Shown in pieces: positions 45,165-53,833 of a stretch of DNA of 53,833 bases. A program made the translations under genes and the position numbers. Below the pieces are notes generated by a model. The model saw only the letters and a list, made by a program, of their open reading frames with translations. It was not told the origin of the DNA and searched no databases. Positions within the stretch are counted from its first letter, which is position 1. Every line of letters begins with the position of its first letter. Location of the stretch: the NCBI GenBank assembly GCA_001724265.1, contig MEDY01000196.1:1-53833 (forward strand), given 5' to 3'. The DNA comes from Rhizaria sp. SCN 62-66. Lineage: Eukaryota.

Positions 45165-48100
45165 TTAAACCAGAATATCCCTCCGCGGCCGACGCACGCT
45201 TCCAGTTACCTTATCCTTCTCTGCGCGCATTCTTTCCAGCATCTTGTGCAACTCAGCGTCGACATTCTCATATCTGCTGCGCCGCCCGCTTGCCAGCGCG
45301 CGCGAGATCGACCGCTCCAGAGCGCGCGCGCGTTGACGGGCACGTGCGCGTTCAATCTTTTCACGGCGCTGCGCTATGCGCTGCAGCCGCGCTTCTGTGC
45401 TTGCATGGCGGCGGGGGTGCGGACCCCTGTAACGCGTTGTCCCAACGTTGCGATCCACGGGCACGCTTTCGATGCGAGGACTTGGACGACGATCAACAGT
45501 GAGGTCGTCCTAGTCAGCAGCCATTACTGTGCGTCTCACAGTTCGTGTCACTCCGCCACTGCTGTGGGCGCGCGTGTTATCATTGCCACGGACGTTTTCA
45601 GTGCCAACGTCGACTGGTGCGGTCGTTCCGCGAGGGCGGCGGAGCGCGCGCACCTCGTTGCGGCGCTCCAAGAGCACTCGGCGCGACTCGGCAGCAGCGT
45701 CGGCGGCGGATGTGAAACGCAGCTCAATATTTTGTCCGCGCCATGTACCTGTGCGTGTACGTGGCAGTCCCCTGCTTGCTCCTGAAACAGCGTCTGAGAA
45801 TGCACTCGTTGCAGTGATTGGACTTGTACCGGGCACAATTCTCAGCGAGACAGAGCGACTCGATGACGCACTTTCTAGCTCACGCTCAAGCGCTCTACGT
45901 CTCATCACAGTTGCGAGCGCACTATTACGGGTCGCTCGAGAACTTGAGCTGACGGGGTCAGCCTAAGGAGCGCGGTGAGCGCGAGGTGCGCGCTGCCGCC
46001 TTGCTGCTGCTGCTGCTGTTCCAGCGGGAAGCGAGGCACGACTGATAGGAGGCCGCGACGTTGTGGCCATTGTTGTTGAGACTGCGGGTGTTACAGTTAA
46101 TGTAGATGCCACCGATGAAGTATCTGGAGTTGTAAATATGACAGGAAGTGCGGTGCCACGCGTACGAGAAGCTGACGGTTGTGCCTATGTCCGGGGGCTT
46201 GTCGGGCTTGCACGACCCACACGAGCTGCAGAAGTCACACTTGTTATAGCTGATGCGGCTGTCGCATTTACAGGTGCATTGATAGGGCACACACCGTTAT
46301 TCTCATCGTCTTCTGCATCTTCTGCATCTTCTGCTGGGTCTGCTGCTGCATGGCATACGTCCCCGTTAGGAGACACTTCAGTCGCAGGCACATTCGGAGT
46401 CGGAGTCCGTGATGTCTCGCCCGATCCAGTTGCTGTGGAGCTAGCGTTGGTGCTACGACCGGTACTGGAGCTAGAGCTTGCCGGGGGAGTCACTGAAGGC
46501 CGTGGCGTGGTTGCGGGTTTCTCAGCAGCCGCAGCTGCAGCAGCGGCTGCAGCCGCGCGGCTCCGGAGACGCTCACAGTGCGCATGCCTCTGCAGCTCGC
46601 GGCGCCACTGCCTGCGTCCAGCACGGCCACCGGGGAGATACGTGCCGTCGGCAGCGCGGTTGCGCGATGACGGCGGCAGTGGACATTTGTCAACGTCTTT
46701 ACGCTTCTCTTTCTCTTTCTCTTTCTCCTTCTCGCTTGACTTATCTTTTTGTTTCTCCTTCTTCTCCTTGTCCAAAGCAATGTTAATTGACACATTTGCC
46801 AGTGGTGTATGGCGAGATGGGGGCACCGTCGGAGCAGAGACTGCTGCGGCGGGAACCGACACAACTGCTGTTGCAGTGATGACGACAGCAGCTGGTGCAG
46901 CCGATGGTTGCGAACGTGGTGAGGATGACACCGCTGCATTGCTAGTGTTGCTGTTACTTGTACTGATTACTGCGGTACGAGGCACCTACATTGTAAACGT
47001 GCGCATTGCTCGCCCACGTCGAGGCTGCATTGCGCCACTGTTTGCCCTGCGCACAGTGCGAAAGGGTGGTTGCGTATTAGGCCTTAAATTGCGGCTGTTG
47101 CTGTAGTAAATCTGATGCGGCACATACGCACTCAGTGCATCGTAGAAGCGGCAACATCCACCCTTCACGAGGTTGGTCGGGGTTAAGCAGCACGTGCGCG
47201 CATTAGTCATTGCGTTTTGTAGTGCAAGCGTTGCAGCGTACCCGCTGCGCATTGCGTAAACCGCGTTCAACGCGTCTTGACTCGAGTACCCAAGTGACCG
47301 CAGCGCGAGCCGCACATCTAACGAGTTTAGCACATAATCAACACTGGAGGGAATTGTTGGGTAGTAGTATGGTTGAGGTTGCGGCTGCGGAGGTGGGGGC
47401 GGCGGAGGCCGGGGGCGTGGGTGGGGCTGCGGGCGAGGCCTGCGGTCATCGGGGCGCGGTTGCGGCGGGCGCGGCTGTGGCTGCGGGGGACTTGGCTGAG
47501 GTGGACGCGGCTGCGGCGGATTTGGCTGTGGGGGATTTGGCTGCGGAGGGTTCGGCCGAGGCGGATTTGGCTGAGGCGGTCGCGGTTGTGGCCGTGGTGG
47601 GCGGCGGTCATCAGGACGCGGGCGCGGCTGCGGCGGACGTGGCTGCGGCGGGCGGGGCTGCGGGCGCGGACGGCGGTCGCCAGAATGATGGTGGCGATCG
47701 TCACCCAAAGGACTGCGGTCAGCGACTAAATTGTTTGAAACCTCACTGCTCACAGTTGCTTGCGCAGAGGTAACACTTTGAGGCAAGGCAACATTATCAT
47801 TGAGGTCTGAGTTGTCGCTTGCAGGAGAACTCCTGTTGTTGTCAGCGTCACGATTGGTAATGTTGCTAGTGTCCGTGATGGCACTATCAGTAAAGTGACC
47901 ATAGCTGATCGTATTACCGTTGGAGATGTCACCACTTGTATCAAACAACAGGCCACTGTGCTCGTTATTAGAGCGATAATCATATGTGTTCTCATTGCCA
48001 CTAATAATATCGTCTCGAAGTGACATCACACGAACTTCACGCCCGCGGCTGCGCGCATGTTCCGGTGCCTCAGAGCGACCGTGAGCATTGCTTGCACTCC

Positions 48101-50063
48101 CGCGCTCAGCATCTTTCGCAATCTTTTCGATCGCTGAGCTCAGTTGGCAGCACCCGCGGCGCACGCGCTTATTACGGTCGTTGCCGCAGCAGAAAGTTAG
48201 CGCGCGCCTGGCCTCACGCGCTTGACGCGACAGTGTAAGAGAGGGGTTGCGTTTCATCGCAATCAATGCTATGCGTGCGCGTGCAGGGTCAAGTCCGATT
48301 GCATTAAGTCCGGGAATCATACTCGGCGTTAGTATCGGTGATGCTCCGTGGACACCAGTTAAACCCGCTGCTAAGGCAGTTGAAATTGCCGACATGATTG
48401 ATGACGAGTCACGACCGCTACTATCAAGTAGGCTGATAAAATTTGGTCTTGAGCTAGACTACAAGGTACTAACCCGACGACCACGCGCCTTAAAGCGATC
48501 TATAGGAGCCCGCTCATCGCGCTTAGCGGCGCTTTCAAGAACCATAAGCAGGTTAGATGGGTTGGAGTCGGCGCGGAAACGATTCAAAAAGGAACCCTGC
48601 ATCGGAACAAGATACAACCACATCTGCTAAGGATTGTGCTATTTTTGATTGGTACTATGCATGGGCGCAGGCTTGAGGTTAGCGGAATCGGTTGCCGCCA
48701 TCCTGACCTTATTGCTGCCTGAACTTGTTGCAGGGCTAGTGGCAGCCGAGGTCAGCTTGTCTTTCGGCTTGTTTGTGGATGCAGTGCTTGCAGTCGGGGT
48801 TGTTGTCGTCGCTGAAGGTGGTACAGACGTTAATCGTGTTGCCCTCACTCGGGACCCACCACGTGTTTCAGCCTTGGGCTTACGCGTGCTTTCACTCTTG
48901 CTCTTGTCACTTTTACTGTTATCCTTGTTCTTGTTGATAGCGAAGTGACCACGAGCACCAAACGAGCCTTGTCCCGCAATAGCACCAGCTGGGTCATGCG
49001 CAAACTGCAGCGCTCTGCGCCCGCGCTCAATGTCCGCATTTTGCCTGCGCTTTACCTTCCGCGCCCGTCTCTCCTCAGCCGCAGTGATGGCCGCAGTCAG
49101 GTCGACGCCGCCGCTGCTGACGTGGCCACGGCTGGCGTGTCCGCCGAGCGCGGGCACGCGCGCGCCAGCGTCAACTGCGGCGGCGACAGCCACAGCGCGG
49201 GGCTCGGGCGCGGGAAGAAAGAGACGGCGCGCGAGCGTGCGGGCAGCGGCGGGGAGCGCAGAAAGCGACGGCAGCGAGATGTACTGCAGGAACCCACTCT
49301 TTTCGTTCCCGTCGCTGTTACGACCCGGGCGATAGCTCGCCGCGTCTGCCAAATCTAGCGCAGCACTTGCAGGGGCTGCGCGCGACGCAAATGCAACCGC
49401 AGCAAGTGTTGCTGATGGCGCCAAGACCAGTCGGCGCGCGTGGTATTCATTTGGCAAAATCGGTGTAAAGCCTGCTGTTGCGCACTTCGAGTGGCTCATC
49501 TTGAGATTTTTGTCATGAGCAGAGTTTGAAGCCTGCAGAGCGCAAAGACAGACTTCAGAGTTTGCAGGGCAAGCGCAAAACTCGTTGCACTTGGATTGGT
49601 ATACAGTGGGCGATGTGTGCTTTGTCGCTGCGACGGTGGCAGCAGCGGATACACTCGCGACGGGGGGACGCGTGCATCGGCCGTTTTTGCGACGATACGT
49701 GCCGCGCGGACATGCAAGTTGAGCAAGGTTAACATGAGAATGCGGCTTTGGGCGCGGCCCAGATGTAGCAGGCTTAGCAGGGTTCTTGGGAGGCGGCGGC
49801 TTCAATGCGCCTTGCGAGGGAGTAGGGGTGGAAGTCGGAGCAGTCGTTGTTCTGGCCTCCCTGGCTACAATGCAAGTGACAGCAAAAGATAGCGTGAGTC
49901 AAGTTATAAAAATAATAAGAAGAGTACTTCAATACACACTTACATGTTGCAACGTACTTGAAGTCGTTGAAGGGGCTGGCTTGGAGGCGTCTGTCGGTGG
50001 ACCCGAAAGCGCAAGCACAACTTGAAGTGCGAATGCGCACAACAAAAGGCGTAGCCACGCCAT
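45165..50063 (-). CDS. Putative secreted ~1601-aa Cys/Pro/Ser/Thr/Arg-rich protein, 2 exons (50063-49958, 49864-45165); 7 in-frame TAG codons
   Basis: Exon 1 encodes signal-peptide-like MAWLRLLLCAFALQVVLALS. ORFs 48639..49805, 46986..48395, 46185..46985, 45510..45908 and 45165..45464 are one frame broken only by TAG (48639, 48627, 48459, 46986, 46185, 45963, 45510). Terminal TAA at 45165 lies beside AT-rich DNA. Confidence 0.72.
47375..47680 (-). repeat. Imperfect 15-bp tandem repeat encoding (P-Q-P-R/N-P)n
   Basis: RPQPRPPQPRPPQPRPRPDDRRPPRPQPRPPQPNPPRPNPPQPNPPQPNPPQPRPPQPSPPQPQPRPPQPRPDDRRP in the translation. Confidence 0.9.
49865..49957 (-). other. Predicted intron (93 nt, phase 1) of the secreted-protein gene
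   Basis: A|GTACGT...TTGTAG|CC; AT-rich; joins the signal-peptide exon in frame (PSTTSTREARTT). A nearby GTAAGT donor would not keep the frame with this acceptor. Confidence 0.6.
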
Positions 50064-50460
50064 CTACAGAGAAGGGATTCAACAGAGTGGATAAATTGTC
50101 AATCCAATTTTATGCTTTGTAAGTCTAAGATAGTAAAATTCATTGTGTTATGACGAAGTGGCATATCGTGATGTCCAGTTCAAATTCTGTCACCTTCCTC
50201 TCGTTGCCCCCTTCGCTCACAGTCACAGGCTCTTGTCGTAAACCCAAAGATTAACTAAAACAGATCAATAGTGTATGCCCATGAACAGAATCACAGGTAA
50301 TCTTAACGGAAAACAAACTAAATCAAGTCTATCAAACTATCAAAATAAGCCTAGGGCATCACCTAATGTTCATATCACATCAGAATCTTGCCCTTGTCCT
50401 CCACACACAGAGGCTTCTTTCATAAATCCATGCAGGAGCTGCTTGCGCTAGTTTGCGAGC

Positions 50461-53304
50461 TCACCGCCAACGGCTGCGGTCGCCGACGCGGCGCACGTTC
50501 CCTGGCGCGGGCCCCGGCGGCGGCGCGGGCGCGGGGTTGCGGTTGTTGCCGTACGGCGAGCCCATGCCGCCCGCGTTATTGGCGTTGGCGTTGTTGCTGG
50601 GGTACTGCGGGCTGCCATAGTAGCCCCCCGCCCCCGTTGGCCGCGGCGGCACCGCGGGCGCGCGAGAGCCCGGGTAGCCGCCGTTGCCAGACGGGGGCTG
50701 GTACTGGCCGCTGCCGTTGCCGCCGCTGCCGTTGCCGTTGTTGTTGCCGTAGGCGTTGCCGCCGCGGATGGGGGTGTACTGTTGCTGCTGCTGCTGCTGC
50801 TGCTGCTGGAACGGGGTGTAGCCCCCGCTGCCGCTGCCGCTGTTGCTGTTGCTGTCGTACCCGCCCACGCCGCGCTGGTTCGCGTTGCCGGCGCCGGCGC
50901 GGACGGCGGGCGAGCCGATGGGCGGCAGCGACGCGGGCACAGCGCCACCGCCGCTGCCATAGCCGCTGCCGCTGCTCTGCTGCTGCTGCCCCGCGCCGTA
51001 GCCGCTGTAGCCGCGTTGGCCCGCGCCAGCGCTCTCAGCGCCGCTGCCGTACGCGCCGCCGTCAAGCCCAAGCGCGGCGGCGACGCCCGCACCCGCGGCG
51101 TGGAAGCGTGAGGCCGACCGGCTCAGGTGCAGGGGGGGCTCATTGACGCCGCTGCCGGCGCTGCTGCTGCTGCTGCTGCTGACCGCGGGTGCGGCGTCCG
51201 AGGGCGCGCCGCGGCGATAGGGCGACGGCGGGTACCTCTGCTGCTGCTGCTGATGTTGTTGTTGTTGCTGGAGCTGCTGCTGGCGCATGTCGTGCGCCTG
51301 CTGGTACACTGGGGCCGCGGCGGCGCCGTTGTAGGCCCCGCTGCCGTAGCCGCCGCCGCCGTTGTCCGCGGGCCCGGGCGTGGGGTGTTCGCTGCCGTAG
51401 GGCGCGCCACGGTGCTGCTGCTGCGCGAGGCGGCGCTCGCGGTCCAGCGCTCGCTCGCGCAGGTTCTGCTCGCGGATCCGCGCCAGCGCAGACTCGCGCT
51501 CCAGCCGCTGCGCCTCGCGGTCGCGGTCGGCAGCGCCAGCGCCGAGCTGCTGCTGTTGCTGCTGCTGGAGGCCGGCGCGTTGGGCGTGGGCCGCGGCGGC
51601 GGCGGCGGCCTGGGCCTGCGCACCGGCAAACACGCCGCCCTCGCCCGCTCCGCCCCGCTGCTGCTGCGGCGGCTGCTGTTGCTGTTGCTGGGAGGGCGGT
51701 GGCGGGACGGGGCGAGCCTGCGAGATTGGCGACGCGGCGGGCATGGGCACCCCGCGCTGCGGCACGGGCGGCTGCTGCTGCGGCTGCGGCTGGGCGAAGC
51801 GGTGCGGTGTATACTCCTGCTGCTGCTGCTGCAGTTGGGCCGAAGGGGGCTGCTGGTAGCCCGGGTTGCCGTAGCCCTCGCTGACGCCGTCGCGGGGAGA
51901 GCTGTTGCTCTTGGCCTCCGCCGCCGCCGCCGCTGCCGCACCAGCACCAGCGCCCGAGCCGCCGCGCGCGCTATCATCGCCGCTGCCGCTGCCAGTGGAG
52001 CCGCTGCTGCTGCCGGGAGCGTCGCCGGAGCCGCCCTTATCGCCGCCGCCGCCGTTGTTGAGCGAACGAGTGAGCAGCTCGACGTACTCGGGGTCGTGGT
52101 GCGGCGCGGCCAGGAAGCGCTTGACGTGCGCCTCAACGTAGGGCAGCCGCAGCATCTCGTGGATGGTGATGCGCCGCGTCTGCTGCTTGGTGAGCAGCAT
52201 ATCAACCAGGTCGCGTAGCGGCTTCGAGTAGGCCGTCGACAGTGGGCGGTGCTTGGTGTGGATGATGGCGTGGAGTAAGCCTTCCATCGACGTCGCGTCG
52301 AAGGGGTGACGCAGCGAGCAGAGCTGGTAGAGCACGACACCCAACGCCCACGAGTCGTTGCGGCCGTCGTAGGGCTTGTCCATGCAGATCTCGGGCGAGA
52401 GGTAATACGGCGTGCCGATACGCGTGCGCGCCTGCGCGAGGGTCCGCTCGAGCGACTTGGAGATGCCAAAGTCGCCGATTTTAACCTGGTTGCGGCGGTT
52501 CAGGAACACGTTCTCAGCCTTGACATCGCGGTGGATGATCTTGCGATCGTGCATGTGCTTGAGCGCCAGCGCCATCTGCACCATGTAGTACACGATCTGC
52601 TCCTCCGGGAAAGGCTTCCCGCGCCGATTTTTAATCAGGATCGAGAGGTCGCCGCCGTCGGCGTACTCCATTACGATGTACAACACGCGCCGCGTCTGGT
52701 TGTAGGCCTAGGGAGACCGGTCGAGCGAGAGGGAGTCAAGGAGATGATGCGTTGGTTTGAGTCAAGGACCAGGGGGTTTGAAAGTAAAACGTTAGTATTT
52801 GAGAAAGTGAGAATACGATCAGTCATGATAATACGTCTTGAGCAAATATCAAGTTATCATTGTTGTTCTAGACGTCATCGTCGTTGGTAGTTGGTGCGCG
52901 TATGTGTCTGGGCGTGTTGTGATCATACCTGCGTGGTCTTCTCGAACCACTCTCGGTAGCCAATGATGGCGGGGTGCGCAAGCTTAGCAAGGAAGCCGAC
53001 CTCCTTGAGCGCCTCCTTGCGGCCCTTTGCGCCTAGCGTGGTGATGTCGATTTCCTTCATTACGTATAGCTGTTGGTCGCGCAGGTCCTTGACCAGGTAC
53101 ACGCTGCCGAAGGAGCCCTAAGCAAGAACAAACACAAAAATACCACAGTCATGAGTATATAAGAGTAGAACACACGTGGGTGTTAAAGCGGAATCTGTTG
53201 CATATTCAGATATCGTGCGTTGCAGAGTGGATTGGGCTGTTCTGTGAGAGGAGAGCACTGACCTGACCGAGGCGCTTGACGCGCTCGTAGTTCTCAAGAC
53301 CCAT
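50461..53304 (-). CDS. NIMA-related kinase (NEK1/3/5-like), 3 exons (53304-53263, 53117-52929, 52707-50461), with a Gln/Gly-rich tail
   Basis: Spliced product MGLENYERVKRLGQ|GSFGSVYLVKD..YVMKEID..EALKEVGFLAKLAHPAIIGYREWF..|..LYIVMEYADGGDL..IIHRDVKAENVFL..KIGDFGISK..IGTPYYLSPEIC..DSWALG. Ends in TGA. Confidence 0.93.
52708..52928 (-). other. NEK intron 2 (221 nt, phase 0)
   Basis: CAG|GTATGA...TCTCCCTAG|GCC; splicing restores the kinase frame. Confidence 0.88.
53118..53262 (-). other. NEK intron 1 (145 nt, phase 0)
   Basis: CAG|GTCAGT...CTTGCTTAG|GGC; splicing rebuilds the glycine-rich loop GQGSFG. Confidence 0.92.
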
Positions 53305-53833
53305 AGTTGGCGGAGCGAAAGCGCGGGGCGGCGGTGCAGCAGTCCGCGGGCTGTCGTGTGAAAAAGGCGTGGGTGCGGCCGGGATGAGACTGTGAGTCTG
53401 GCGGCTGCAGGGGAAGCGAGCTGCTGCGAGGAGGGAGCGAGAGGATCGGAGGGGGTGCTGTCAGAGTGAGATACGCAGCCAAAGGGATTATTGACAATAT
53501 CAGACAATAAAAACAATCGTATTAATTACTAAAAGAAAGCGCCAGTTACTGGTGTGATGATCCAAGACCGGTATCTTGGTTTGAGAAAAGTTGGTCTTTG
53601 CCAGCGACCCGTTAGAGGAGGCCTTAAAGGAGCACATTGACTGGGACATCTATAGGCGATATTAAGCACATATTGAAACATAACAAGACAATTCACAGCA
53701 TGTATCATCGCATTAAAACACAAAGATTTCAACTGTTGTCACAACCGACATTCTGCATAAAACACCAAGTCTCACAGGCTCACACTGGGGCAAACACCAC
53801 CAAACATCAATTCCCCGCGGCCATATAAGGGTG

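Noticed and set aside
4788-48641. In-frame TAGs as splice acceptors of small introns
   Set aside because: The recognisable introns here are 93-221 nt, AT-rich, with clear GT donors and pyrimidine tracts. The sequence upstream of the 14 TAGs is stop-free and coding-like, and I saw no such signals. RNA data are still needed to exclude this formally.
3081-50063. Pseudogenes or sequencing errors as the source of the internal stops
   Set aside because: Decay or error should also give TAA, TGA and frameshifts. All 14 interruptions are TAG with the frame conserved, and catalytic motifs are intact.
50400-50465. Possible extra NEK exon via a GTGAGC donor overlapping the TGA
   Set aside because: No convincing downstream acceptor or exon before the next gene, so TGA was kept as the terminator.
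3220-52469. Many long antisense or alternate-frame ORFs (e.g. 11495..13537, 17565..19220, 41162..42967, 51123..52469)
   Set aside because: These are expected shadows of very GC-rich coding DNA. They give Arg/Ala/Pro-rich translations without motifs and overlap better-supported genes.
52708-53120. TAG codons immediately upstream of NEK exons 2 and 3 as further recoded codons
   Set aside because: They are the AG acceptors of GT-AG introns, and splicing there rebuilds the kinase motifs. They are not counted among the 14.
1-53833. tRNA (including a CUA suppressor), rRNA, CRISPR array or intact transposon
   Set aside because: None recognisable by eye. The repeats present are coding microsatellites. 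tRNAscan-SE or Infernal would be needed to exclude small RNAs.

Overview
This is a gene-dense window from a GC-rich, flagellated eukaryote (protist-like). Coding regions are very GC-rich, spacers are AT-rich, and GT-AG introns are few. It holds 12 complete genes and one partial gene: IFT46, a giant ankyrin-repeat protein, a CAP-Gly/IQ/transglutaminase-like protein, SMC1, a HAD-IIIB acid phosphatase, a UFSP2-like protease, an AT-hook/zinc-ribbon protein, an acyl-CoA synthetase, a low-complexity protein, an ABHD12-like hydrolase, a secreted Cys/Pro-rich protein and a NEK kinase. The main signal is that the nuclear genetic code appears non-standard. I count 14 in-frame TAG codons in 6 genes, and after each one the same frame continues to a TAA or TGA at the AT-rich spacer. 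All 12 complete gene models end in TAA (8) or TGA (4), none in TAG. Codon context favours TAG=Gln with TAA kept as a stop, a rare decoupling of UAG and UAA; Leu is not excluded. The supplied ORF track therefore fragments many genes. All family assignments come from recalled motifs, not database searches.
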